From positions 196,041 to 260,040 of the forward strand of contig CBDBFU010000014.1 in NCBI GenBank assembly GCA_965205025.1: 64,000 nt of DNA, read 5' to 3'. The DNA is from Candidatus Poribacteria bacterium (GTDB taxonomy: Bacteria > Poribacteria > WGA-4E > WGA-3G). The notes under the pieces are model-generated. The model saw nothing but the letters and a program-made list of their open reading frames with translations, was not told where the DNA came from and did no database searches. A program made the position numbers and the translations under genes. Position 1 is the first letter of the stretch. Each line of letters begins with the position of its first letter. Of the stretch, positions 1 to 9,396 are shown piece by piece.

Positions 1-40
1 TTTTAATTACAAAATTATCACAATCACAGTAATTATTCCA

Positions 41-1564
41 TTAATTATCGAAATCAAATGAGACTTGCTGATCTACATTACCAAACGATAATAACTTTTT
101 GATCTTCCCCGGTTGTGCCCAATTACACTTGCCACTTCCATTAAGTTGACGAAGCAATTCAGGAATTTCTGGATTTTCAAGACCAGTTTTTATCCGTTGG
201 GCATCGTCTTTAGACCAGCACGGTATAAACGCATGCATCGCTTGATTCCCTTGCCACATCTGTCCATTTACATTATCTAAAACAATAGGAGTAAAGTGAC
301 TCTTGCCATAAGCTTGCCAAATCACTTTGTACGGTGCAAAAGAATAAGGACCAACACCCAACATTGCCCACCAATTACCTCTATTCATAGACGCTCGTAA
401 AAGAGTTCCTTTTCGTTCTTTTAATCTATCCTCACTACTAAGTAGATACTTCTTTAGTGTCTCATGTTTTTCGATTTGACTCCAAGACAAAGGTTTTCCT
501 GTATCTCGATTGTAGGGTAAGAGAATCCATTTATTAGGAACTGAATTCTCACCATGCCATATTTCCTTAGTTGCCAATGGAAACATAAATTCATCTGGAA
601 GGTTTTTTGGTTTCTCTTCAAAAATGAAAACACTGTTAGCTCCACATGTATTCACACCCTGGCGAGGTTTTTGCTCAGATGATAATTTAATATCAAAAAT
701 CTCTCCAGGAAGTATTTCATCAGCATTTTGTATAATTCGCCACGGATCGGTACGGTCTCTCAACGGTATAGCTTTATGTTCAACCCAATCGTCGTTCACC
801 TCCCTAAAATATCTAACAGGGAACTTCTGTGGTTTATCACTGATGAATCTGGCACAGCAATATCCAGTATTAACACCTTCAAATACCTTTGTCGTAGAGA
901 ATTCATAAACTGTATCCACAGCAAAATCTCTCTGGGAATTTGAGAGTATATCTGAACTCTTTGAAGAATAATCCCTAAATCCTCTATGAGCACCCTCACC
1001 AAAGAATAATGATGTAGGTATATAGAAATAAGCTGCTCCGTTTTCTTTTAACAGTCTTCCAAGGGCAACCTTTAATACCAATGCTGCAATATCTATCCGA
1101 GAAGATCCCAGCAACATACGTTGGGTATTTTCAACAAGTCCTTCCTGTATAAAATAAGGCTTTAAATGCTCTTTATAAGAATCTGGCAGGTCTCCGAAAT
1201 TTGCCCATGGAGGATTCCCTATAAGTATATCGTATTGTCTATGATGGCGTTGGGTTATGACATCCTGAAAGTGAATTTGCGAGGTAGGAAAGTCTACTGA
1301 GAATTCTGATTGTATGTTCCTCTTAAACTGGTTAAGGAGGGATGGAACCATCTCAATTAGCGTCAAACGAGACAATCGTTCTGTAGTTATGGGTACACCT
1401 TTCTCTTCGGCAATTTGCAACATTGCCAATGCAAATATCCCTTGTCCTGCTGTGGGGTCACATATTTGGGCACCATCAACCCAGGCTTCTATAATATTCC
1501 ACTTGTTGATAAGCCATTTTGCCCAGTTAAGCGGTGTGAAAACCAGTCCAATTTTTTTATTCAT
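41..1564 (-). CDS. N6-adenine DNA methyltransferase, gamma-class (Eco57I/TaqI-like N6_Mtase)
   Basis: 507 aa ORF; N-terminal 'GLVFTPLNWAKWL', motif I-like 'DPTAGQGIF' and motif IV 'GNPPW' (NPPY/F/W) about 100 aa downstream, the gamma-class order; C-terminal 250 aa is a plausible TRD. The gene abuts the window start, so any partner gene would lie off-window. Confidence 0.75.
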   Translation of the reverse strand: MNKKIGLVFTPLNWAKWLINKWNIIEAWVDGAQICDPTAGQGIFALAMLQIAEEKGVPITTERLSRLTLIEMVPSLLNQFKRNIQSEFSVDFPTSQIHFQDVITQRHHRQYDILIGNPPWANFGDLPDSYKEHLKPYFIQEGLVENTQRMLLGSSRIDIAALVLKVALGRLLKENGAAYFYIPTSLFFGEGAHRGFRDYSSKSSDILSNSQRDFAVDTVYEFSTTKVFEGVNTGYCCARFISDKPQKFPVRYFREVNDDWVEHKAIPLRDRTDPWRIIQNADEILPGEIFDIKLSSEQKPRQGVNTCGANSVFIFEEKPKNLPDEFMFPLATKEIWHGENSVPNKWILLPYNRDTGKPLSWSQIEKHETLKKYLLSSEDRLKERKGTLLRASMNRGNWWAMLGVGPYSFAPYKVIWQAYGKSHFTPIVLDNVNGQMWQGNQAMHAFIPCWSKDDAQRIKTGLENPEIPELLRQLNGSGKCNWAQPGKIKKLLSFGNVDQQVSFDFDN

Positions 1565-1882
1565 TCAATTGAGTAAATACCTTAACTAATGTGAGACTTT
1601 CTTGACTTCCATAATATGTATAGCAGGACGTAAACTGTGATGTAGACAAAGATAATCCAGTCCATACATACTTATAAAGTATATCAGAATAACAATTGTA
1701 TTACAAATACCATCAAAGTATATCAGTGGGTGTGTAAACTTTTTTTCACTTTACAACAATGTTTCTTATAAAAACGAATCGTTCGTACAGATAGAATTCT
1801 TCTTCTGTAGGAGAGAACTCCGACTCCCGACTCTTGCGTAATCCGTGATTCAGAAATAACACCTCTTTGTACCACAAACTTT

Positions 1883-1983
1883 ATGAGGATTAAGTAAATA
1901 TTTCGGTAATCCAGTCCATAAACTTATCGTAGGGGCAGGGTTAACCCGTCCGTATATTACCGATTTAATAAATTAATCTTCAT
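1883..1983. mobile_element. MITE-like element (family B variant) with imperfect TIRs ATGAGGATTAAGTAAATATTTCGGTAAT / ATTACCGATTTAATAAATTAATCTTCAT, inserted in the loop of a family-A hairpin
   Basis: Terminal inverted repeats read directly. Flanked by the two halves of the 'GTACCACAAACTT...TAGTTTGTGA' hairpin that is intact elsewhere (2364-2382, 3474-3492, 5418-5439, 63875-63901). Confidence 0.5.
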
Positions 1984-2338
1984 TTAGTTTGTGATCTTAC
2001 TCCTTCCCCTCTCCAAACACTCTTATCCGCGTAATCTGTGTAATCTGTGATGCAGACAACTCAAACATACATAAAAATAAACTAATCTCACAAAATTGAC
2101 ACCAAAGGTGACAATTATTTACACACCCGATCGCGCAGGGTGTGAAAGTATATGACATTAACAAGAAATAAAGGAAACCAATCAAAGAAAAAAAATGAAG
2201 AAAACACCAATCTCTTACAACTAATATACATATATCACAAAAACAGAAAAACATATTAATAATATTTGTAAAAATGAAAATAACGGTGTATAATATTATA
2301 TCGTTCAATATTTATAAACTAAAACTAATACCATTTCA

Positions 2339-2445
2339 AATTGAAAATGTCTCTTTTTTGTACCACAAACTTTCAGTTTGTGACTTGAAAAATGACTAAC
2401 ATAATAACCGCCTAATGAGACAATAATTTATAGAAATGGTATAAC
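2339..2445. repeat. about 105-bp dispersed direct repeat, copy 1 (contains family-A hairpin CACAAACTTTCAGTTTGTG)
   Basis: About 95% identical to 3448-3551 by eye alignment: 'AATTGAAAATGTCTCTTTTTTGTACCACAAACTTTCAGTTTGTGACTTGAAAAATGACTAACATAATAACCGCCTAATGAGACAATAATTTATAGAAATGGTA'. Confidence 0.7.
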
Positions 2446-3447
2446 ACTGTAAATAAGGATATAAGGCGGAAAGATAACAACACAAACTAACAACCAATAA
2501 CTAAAAACTATGAACTATAAGCTAATGACTCTCTATAAAGACGATCCTAATAACGAAGTTTCATATACGTCAAAAAAACATACCTTTTTAACCGTTGGGA
2601 ATCACAAAATCAGGAAGCACAACAATAACACAAAATCACAATTTTTCGAATTTCTTATAAAGTCAATTCAAAGTGGGATAAAGTCAGTCTATGACAGGGG
2701 TTATAGGGATAATTTACACCAATTTCAATGTCACACAGTGTGACAAAAAGTGTAACTTTTTTCATGTTTTCGATGCATAGAGAATGCAACAACAACATGA
2801 TCTACTGTCTGAGTATTTAGGATTAAATGTCTGGTTTTATACACTGTTTTTTGTCTGCATATTAGGATTAAATGTCTGGTTTTATGCATTTTAAACAATC
2901 ATAAATATAAGTTATTAAAGAATGTTCTCAAGACCAATATATGCCAATTATATACAAAGCCTAAAAGTAAAATAATGTCTCAATGATACCGATCAAATAC
3001 GTGAAATATGTGTAATTGGAGTTTTCTATATCAAGAATCCCTTACTCCAGAGGGGTACTATGTGTCTATAGAAAACAATATCGGAACAGTCTGGCACTCC
3101 AGCGGAGTGCTATGTCCCAATACACTTCGTATGAAAAACATATAAGTACTTAATACACACTTAAGTTATAGTTTAGTTAACGTATGTGATTCACGGAGAA
3201 TTGGTCTACTTTAAATTATAAACCCTTATAGAATAAGGCTTCGTAAAATTGCTCCGTGAAGGTTTCCGTGAAAGTGCAATCATCTCAAAACGATAAATAT
3301 TAACACTTTTGCCATTCACAATAGCCATACATCTAATATAATTATGAGATTGACAGATTACCTCCCAATAAATGATTGACAATGGCTAATATTAGATGTA
3401 ATAATTACGATACATTGTGGATGTGATGTTTATATTATACGATTTCT

Positions 3448-3551
3448 AATTGAAAATGTCTCTTTTTTGTACCACAAACTTTCAGTTTGTGACCTGAAAA
3501 ATGACTACCATAATAACCGTCTAATGAGACAATAATTTATAGAAATAGTAT
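3448..3551. repeat. about 105-bp dispersed direct repeat, copy 2
   Basis: Same sequence as 2339-2445 with about 5 substitutions; lies immediately upstream of the ThuA-like gene. Confidence 0.7.
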
Positions 3552-3590
3552 TAGATAGTAATTTTCTACATGAAAACCTTAAGGAGTTTT

Positions 3591-4394
3591 ATGTCAAGCA
3601 GAACAAGAATAGATTTTGTTGCAGGGGGTGCAAGTCATGGGAGTGGATCACATGAACACCCAGCTGGTTGTTCTTTCTTAGCTGATCAATTTAACAATTA
3701 TGTTGATGGCGTTGAAACTGTTGTTCATCAAGGATGGCCAACTGAATCAGATGTATTGGATGATACAGATGCTATCATTGTGTATTCAGATGGAGGTGGG
3801 GGTCATCTCAGCATTCCTCACCTCGATCAAATCTCTACATTGACAGGAAACGGTATCGGATTGGCAATGCTCCACTATGCCGTTGAAGTACCGAAGGGTG
3901 AACCTGGGGATTGCTTTTTGGAATGGATTGGTGGATATTTTGAGACACATTTATCAGTGAACCCACACTGGACTGCGGAATTTACATCTTTTCCAGTTCA
4001 TCCAATCACAAACGGCTTAGACCCGTTTGCGCTTGAGGATGAATGGTATTACCATATGCGTTTTCGCGATAATATGGAAGGTGTAACTCCTGTTCTAAGT
4101 GCTATAGCTCCTGAATCAACACTCACAAGACCAGATGGACCCCATAGTGGTAATCCACATGTAAGAAAGTCTGTTGCAAATGGAGAACCACAACATCTTG
4201 GATGGTGTAGAGAACGACCTGATGGTGGACGTGGATTTGGTTTTACAGGTGGACATTACCACAAGAACTGGGGGGAAGACCATCTCCGTAAGTTCATCCT
4301 TAATGCGATTGCATGGACTGCAAAAGTAGAGATTCCCACAGATGGCATAGATACTCCTTCACCATCAGAAGAAGAATTGAATTCATATTTATAA
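3591..4394 (+). CDS. ThuA-like (trehalose-utilisation family) class-I glutamine-amidotransferase-like protein
   Basis: ORF 3570..4394; better start at ATG 3591, which is preceded by AAGGAG. Motifs 'IIVYSDGGGGH' and 'LHYAVEVP', with length and composition typical of ThuA-family proteins. Family call from memory, moderate. Confidence 0.5.
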   Translation: MSSRTRIDFVAGGASHGSGSHEHPAGCSFLADQFNNYVDGVETVVHQGWPTESDVLDDTDAIIVYSDGGGGHLSIPHLDQISTLTGNGIGLAMLHYAVEVPKGEPGDCFLEWIGGYFETHLSVNPHWTAEFTSFPVHPITNGLDPFALEDEWYYHMRFRDNMEGVTPVLSAIAPESTLTRPDGPHSGNPHVRKSVANGEPQHLGWCRERPDGGRGFGFTGGHYHKNWGEDHLRKFILNAIAWTAKVEIPTDGIDTPSPSEEELNSYL

Positions 4395-4483
4395 TTAAAG
4401 GAAATTAGTGTTGAGCGTCAAAAAAGCAATTCGGTTAATTGTTTTAGGGGCACATATTAAGAAAATGTCTAAGGAGAGATAGT

Positions 4484-5338
4484 ATGGAGCAAGAACAACT
4501 TGATTATCTGTTTGATTTGCAAGGATATCTAATCTTAGAGAATGCGATTTCTGATGAAGATCTTGCAGAGATGAATGAGTGGATTGATAGACATTGGGAA
4601 TATGTTGAAACCCCTTGGGCTCCTGATTCTGATGATAATCGTATCCCGCGTTGGATAGGTAATATTGAAACACATACATATAATATTGAAAATGGTGTAA
4701 ACTTTCAGAATATCATTGAAGGTGGACGGGTATTTGAAAAGCTTATTGACCATCCTTCATGGATAAATCTGATTAGAAAATACATTCATGAAGTAAACGG
4801 TGTTTCGATCCATGAGAATTTTTTGAATGTACGGGGAGAAGGTGGTTTCATACATATACATTGTGGAGGTCATGTCCCACTTAGTTATCTAACTTTTCGA
4901 CAGATAAATACGGGTGAATGGTTGGTAGGACAGATAAATGTATTGATGGCTCTTAATGATATTGGTCCGGGGGATGGTGCTCCTGTATTAATTCCAGGGA
5001 GTCATAAGAGTGCAGAGATTCATCCGCGACTTAAGCATGATGGTAAGGGAATCGTTTATGATGGGATAACCGGTAAACCTGCTGGTACTGCATTTGCTAC
5101 CGAAGAAGTACATCTGAAGGCAGGGGATGTTGTAATGTTTACAGATGCTATTACACACGGTTCAGCCGAACGCACCAACCCTGGATTTCGTCGGTCGATT
5201 GTTTATAGATATTCACCCAGATATGTACGTGAACGTTTTGATTATCCACATTCCGATGAGTTGTTATCCCGTTTGACACCTGATCAGCGTAAGATAATTC
5301 AACCCATGTCTCCGAGACGTCCACCTCAGGTAGCATAG
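4484..5338 (+). CDS. phytanoyl-CoA dioxygenase (PhyH)-family Fe(II)/2OG oxygenase
   Basis: 284 aa; 'LIPGSHK' motif shared with the second PhyH-like gene at 21316..22191; His-rich 'FIHIHCGGH'; SD AAGGAGAG upstream of the ATG. Confidence 0.5.
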   Translation: MEQEQLDYLFDLQGYLILENAISDEDLAEMNEWIDRHWEYVETPWAPDSDDNRIPRWIGNIETHTYNIENGVNFQNIIEGGRVFEKLIDHPSWINLIRKYIHEVNGVSIHENFLNVRGEGGFIHIHCGGHVPLSYLTFRQINTGEWLVGQINVLMALNDIGPGDGAPVLIPGSHKSAEIHPRLKHDGKGIVYDGITGKPAGTAFATEEVHLKAGDVVMFTDAITHGSAERTNPGFRRSIVYRYSPRYVRERFDYPHSDELLSRLTPDQRKIIQPMSPRRPPQVA

Positions 5339-5417
5339 AGTAACGCCAGTTTGATAATAAATGACATCAGTTCAAGAACATATCCTTTCTTGAAGGGCAC
5401 CCCTTACTGTTCTTGTA

Positions 5418-5439
5418 CCACAAACTTTCCAGTTTGTGG
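5418..5439. repeat. family-A hairpin CCACAAACTTTCCAGTTTGTGG (REP-like; probable terminator of the upstream gene)
   Basis: Perfect 9-bp stem; same unit as 2364-2382, 3474-3492 and 63875-63901; preceded by a second hairpin TTCAAGAAC...TTCTTGAA. Confidence 0.6.
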
Positions 5440-5714
5440 TTTACGTACGCAAACTGGAAAGTTTATGCTACAATGGACTTTTATCAAACTCACTATGATG
5501 AATATGGAATTTGGACAGAATTAGATCAGGATTTCGCTGCAGCGGAGATGTTTAGAGTTTTAGAAAAAGAAGAGGTGGCAGCAGATAATGTCAATAGTTT
5601 TTCTTAAAAAATTAGGAAAATTACAGTCTAATCAGATGAATTTAATTGATATTTGTGTTAAAAATTGGCTTGGTTTGGATTGATGTGGAAATAAAGAAAG
5701 ATTCAATTATAAGT

Positions 5715-7205
5715 ATGAAGACTTCTAAAAAAAAACTATGGAGTGGACGATTTAGTGCTGATCCTACCACACAAACCATATCATTTTCACACTCCATAGA
5801 AGCCGATACACGCCTTATCGGATACGATATTTGGGGTAGTCAAGTTCATGCTATAATGCTTGAACGGCAAGGTATCATATCTGAAGATGATTTACAAGAA
5901 ATCTTACATTGGTTAGGAAGAGTAGAGGAAGAGTTTCAATCTGGCAACTTTACGCTTGATCCAAATAAAGAAGATGTCCACATGAATGTGGAGTCGTATC
6001 TGATTGAGAATGCTGGACGCGAATTTGGTGGTAAACTTCACACAGCCCGTTCCCGAAACGATCAAGTTCTTGTGGACGCACACCTTTATATCCGTGAAGA
6101 GATATTGAATGTTCTGCGCGGTATTACATCATTATGTGAAACTTTCTTGAATATAGCGAAAGCACATGTTGATACAGTGATGCCTGGATACACACATACT
6201 CAACATGCCCAACCCATTAGTCTCGGTTTTTGGGCGACAGCCTATGTAAGTATGTTTCTTAGAGACCAGAAACGATTATTGGCAGCCTACAAAATTGCCA
6301 ATACAAATCCACTCGGGGCATGTGCTTTAGCTGGAACAACCTTTCCAATTGATCGGCAATTTACAACCCAACTCCTCGGTTTTGACAACCCCCATGAACA
6401 TGCTCTTGATGTGATTAGTAGTCGAGATTTTATTGCCGAAACCCTTTTCGCTTTGTCAATGGTGATGGCGAATTTATCTCGTTTAAGTGAAGAGATTGTT
6501 TACTGGACTACTTTTGAATTTGGTATGGCAGCACTTGATGATGCTTATAGTTCCGGTAGTTCAATCATGCCTCAAAAGAAAAATGCTGACATCGCGGAAC
6601 TCACACGGGGACGGACAGGTCGTGTTTATGGTGCTTTAATGGATTTGTTAACAAATCTAAAGGGTTTACCTTTGGGATATAACCGTGATTTTCAAGAAGA
6701 TAAACCCCCATTATGGGAAGCGTTTGACATTGTAAATGCCTGTCTTGAGATATTACCGAATCTTCTTCAAACCACTGAATTCAAGACTGAACGGATGGCT
6801 GAATTGGTGAATGCAAATTTTGCAACTGCAACAGAATTAGCTAATTATCTGGTAAAGGAACATCATATAAGTTTTCGGGAGAGTCATGAGATTGTAGGTT
6901 GGCTTGTGGGTGAACTTGTGAGACAGGAATTGACATTTTCAGATTGGGAAGAAACCCACAGATTACTAAAACAGAAGGAAGTAAACATATCAATCCCGAA
7001 GTTGCAACAGATTTTAGATCCGGCATTGGCACTTCAGAATAACCAGAGTCTTGGAGGTACATCTCCTAAAGAGGTTAGTCGGATGATAGATAACTTTGAG
7101 AAACAATTGGATGATTTTGCAATGAATATCTATACAAGTCAGACAAAAATTGATGATGCATACAAGAAGACGATGCATGAAATTGAAAAGGTGTTTAACA
7201 GGTAG
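5715..7205 (+). CDS. argH: argininosuccinate lyase
   Basis: 'LWSGRFS' N-terminus and the lyase-1 signature 'GSSIMPQKKNADIAEL'. The ORF track starts at TTG 5646; ATG 5715 (MKTSKK) matches typical ArgH N-termini. Confidence 0.9.
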   Translation: MKTSKKKLWSGRFSADPTTQTISFSHSIEADTRLIGYDIWGSQVHAIMLERQGIISEDDLQEILHWLGRVEEEFQSGNFTLDPNKEDVHMNVESYLIENAGREFGGKLHTARSRNDQVLVDAHLYIREEILNVLRGITSLCETFLNIAKAHVDTVMPGYTHTQHAQPISLGFWATAYVSMFLRDQKRLLAAYKIANTNPLGACALAGTTFPIDRQFTTQLLGFDNPHEHALDVISSRDFIAETLFALSMVMANLSRLSEEIVYWTTFEFGMAALDDAYSSGSSIMPQKKNADIAELTRGRTGRVYGALMDLLTNLKGLPLGYNRDFQEDKPPLWEAFDIVNACLEILPNLLQTTEFKTERMAELVNANFATATELANYLVKEHHISFRESHEIVGWLVGELVRQELTFSDWEETHRLLKQKEVNISIPKLQQILDPALALQNNQSLGGTSPKEVSRMIDNFEKQLDDFAMNIYTSQTKIDDAYKKTMHEIEKVFNR

Positions 7206-7230
7206 AGAGAATTTACATAAGGAAAATAAA

Positions 7231-7944
7231 TTGAAAGATAGATTGATTGTGGCATTAGATTTAGATGATGGAGAAGATATTTTCTGGTTATCTCAAGAAC
7301 TCAAGGGGACAGTAGCATGGGTTAAGATTGGATTTCAGGCATTAATCTCACTTGGTACCGAAGCATTTGCTTGGTATAGTGAAAATCTATATAAGACATT
7401 TGTTGATCTCAAATACCATGATATTCCAAATACTGTCGCCAGAGATGTTGGAACAATGACTAAACACGGTGCCGATATGATAAATATGCATGCATCCGGT
7501 GGAATGGAGATGATGCAAACTGCACGAATCAGAGCTGAGAATGTTGCTCAGGATAGCAATATTGCCAAACCAATCCTATTAGGGGTAACTATTCTTACCA
7601 GTATTGATGAAGAAGGTTTTCAATCTCAATTTGGTTCAGAAAGACAACTATCGGAACAGGTGGTTTTCCTGGCAAAACAAGCAAAAGAAGCAGGTTTAGA
7701 TGGTGTTGTTGCATCTCCATTAGAGATTGAACCGATCCGAAAAGCCTGTGGGGATGATTTTGTGATTGTCACTCCTGGAATACGTCCAAGATGGGCAGAA
7801 ACTGGAGATCAAAAACGTATTACCACGCCTGCAGAAGCAATTAATAGGGGTGCGGATTTTATTGTTGTGGGGAGACCTATTATTGAAGCAGATGATCCGA
7901 TAGAGGCTGCAGAAAGAATCTTGGAGGAGATTAGAGGAGTATAA
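7231..7944 (+). CDS. pyrF: orotidine-5'-phosphate decarboxylase
   Basis: 'LIVALDLDD', 'VKIGFQA', 'DLKYHDIPNTV' (OMPdecase signature). The track ORF 7150.. overlaps argH; TTG 7231 has AAGGAAAATAAA upstream, so the start is uncertain. Confidence 0.8.
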   Translation: MKDRLIVALDLDDGEDIFWLSQELKGTVAWVKIGFQALISLGTEAFAWYSENLYKTFVDLKYHDIPNTVARDVGTMTKHGADMINMHASGGMEMMQTARIRAENVAQDSNIAKPILLGVTILTSIDEEGFQSQFGSERQLSEQVVFLAKQAKEAGLDGVVASPLEIEPIRKACGDDFVIVTPGIRPRWAETGDQKRITTPAEAINRGADFIVVGRPIIEADDPIEAAERILEEIRGV

Positions 7945-7947
7945 ATT

Positions 7948-9366
7948 ATGAATATTATCTGTATCTGTTTAGACACGTTTCGAGCGGATATAATTGGTCA
8001 AGGAAAGAAGTTTAGCCATGTTCAGACCCCTAACCTTGATGCGTTTGCTTCTGAGAGTGTTCGATTTACAAATGCCTTTGGTGAGGGACAACCTACACTA
8101 CAGATCCGCAGGGGGAATTTCACAGGAATGCGGAGTTTTCCGTGGAGATATAATTTTGACCGACGTGGCCATTGGCATCATGCACCCGGATGGCATAAAA
8201 TACCACCAGAACAAGATACTATTGCTGAGGTGTTGTTGGATCGTGGTTATTTAACTGCTCTCATTGCAGATACATACCACATGTTTAAACCGACGATGAA
8301 TTTCTCGCGGGGATTTGCACATTTTGATTTCATTCGTGGACAAGAATCAGATAATTGGAATAGTGGTGATCCGAGATTGATTGAGGATACTCTACGTAAC
8401 CATGTCAGTGAACCTATTAATTGGAAACGGCATGCAGGATTGGTAAACTACCTCCTATCTCAAAGGCATCGAAAAACAGAAGACGATTACAGTTGTGCGC
8501 GTGTATTTCGTTCTGCTGCTGATTGGCTACAGGATAATCATACGGTTGGACCATTTTTCCTATGGGTAGATAGTTTTGATCCACATGAGCCGTGGGATCC
8601 ACCAAAATCTTACGCGGACATCTATATGTCTGACTATACAGGTAAAGATTTTATTATGGGTGGTGCTTCATCAGAAGAGGAATTAGATAGGGTTGAAGCA
8701 CTCTATCTTGGTGAAGTGACTTTTGTTGATAAATGGGTTGGGGTATTATTAGATAAGATTGAATCACTTAACATCCGGAATGAAACCCTTGTTCTTGTGA
8801 TGTCTGACCACGGCACACAACTTCGGGATCACGGTAGTTTTGGCAAAGGTGCAAATAAACTACATCCCTTCAACACACAACTGAATCTGATGATACGACA
8901 TCCTGAAGGACCACATGACAAAGATATATCTGCGTTTGTGCAGAACCATGATCTTATGCCTACTTTACTAAATATGGTTGATATTCCGTGCGGATGGACT
9001 GATGGTGAGGATATGTGGCAGCTTGTTAAAGGAGAGAAAGCATATCTGCGTGAACGAATTATTACGGGTTGGGCAGGTTTTACAACAGGGAACGCTGTTG
9101 GTCGGGTAAGTGTTCGTGATAACCGCTGGAATTTCTGTACTTCTGTCGGGTACAAAGATGAGAAGGGTGATCAACTATTTGATGTACGAAACGATACTGA
9201 AGAAAAGAATAATATAGTGAATGATCACCCAGATATTGTTTCTGAACGACGTAGGGATGTAGAAGCATTGATAGGGCAGCCATTACCTGGACATTTTATA
9301 GAGGTATGTGATCCTGGACATGCTCCAATGCGGCAATGGCTACAGAAGAAGTTATCAGAGATGTAA
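7948..9366 (+). CDS. sulfatase-like / alkaline-phosphatase-superfamily hydrolase (non-canonical FGly region)
   Basis: 472 aa; N-terminal 'CICLDTFRAD', 'VMSDHGTQL', 'WVDSFDPHEPWDPP'. It lacks a canonical C-x-P-x-R FGly motif (has C-L-D-T-F-R), so a specific sulfatase call is not supported. Good SD (GAGGAG). Confidence 0.5.
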   Translation: MNIICICLDTFRADIIGQGKKFSHVQTPNLDAFASESVRFTNAFGEGQPTLQIRRGNFTGMRSFPWRYNFDRRGHWHHAPGWHKIPPEQDTIAEVLLDRGYLTALIADTYHMFKPTMNFSRGFAHFDFIRGQESDNWNSGDPRLIEDTLRNHVSEPINWKRHAGLVNYLLSQRHRKTEDDYSCARVFRSAADWLQDNHTVGPFFLWVDSFDPHEPWDPPKSYADIYMSDYTGKDFIMGGASSEEELDRVEALYLGEVTFVDKWVGVLLDKIESLNIRNETLVLVMSDHGTQLRDHGSFGKGANKLHPFNTQLNLMIRHPEGPHDKDISAFVQNHDLMPTLLNMVDIPCGWTDGEDMWQLVKGEKAYLRERIITGWAGFTTGNAVGRVSVRDNRWNFCTSVGYKDEKGDQLFDVRNDTEEKNNIVNDHPDIVSERRRDVEALIGQPLPGHFIEVCDPGHAPMRQWLQKKLSEM

Positions 9367-9396
9367 GAATTGTAAGAGAATTAGTTGAAGGATAAA

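Noticed and set aside
2510-2743. 77-aa ORF (and the 103-aa ORF at 1997..2308) inside the 2-kb intergenic tract
   Set aside because: Low-complexity Asn/Lys/Ile-rich translations are typical of random ORFs in AT-rich DNA. There is no SD and no recognisable motif, and both overlap repeat relics.
7150-7230. 27-aa N-terminal extension of pyrF overlapping the argH 3' end (TTG 7150 / ATG 7177)
   Set aside because: OMP decarboxylases begin close to the 'LIVALD' strand. TTG 7231 has a good purine-rich SD and avoids a 55-nt overlap with argH. The start is still uncertain, so the feature carries reduced confidence.
7994-8254. Internal or antisense small ORFs nested within long genes (e.g. 7994..8254, 8829..9155, 14103..14324, 17404..17738, 20355..20594, 26908..27279, 47053..47401, 53201..53476)
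   Set aside because: All are fully contained within, or antisense to, confidently assigned long CDSs with recognisable domains. None has conserved motifs. They are treated as frame shadows.
7948-9366. Calling 7948..9366 a bona fide formylglycine-dependent sulfatase
   Set aside because: The N-terminal Cys is in 'C-L-D-T-F-R', not the C-x-P-x-R FGly motif. The call is kept at the sulfatase-like / alkaline-phosphatase-superfamily level.
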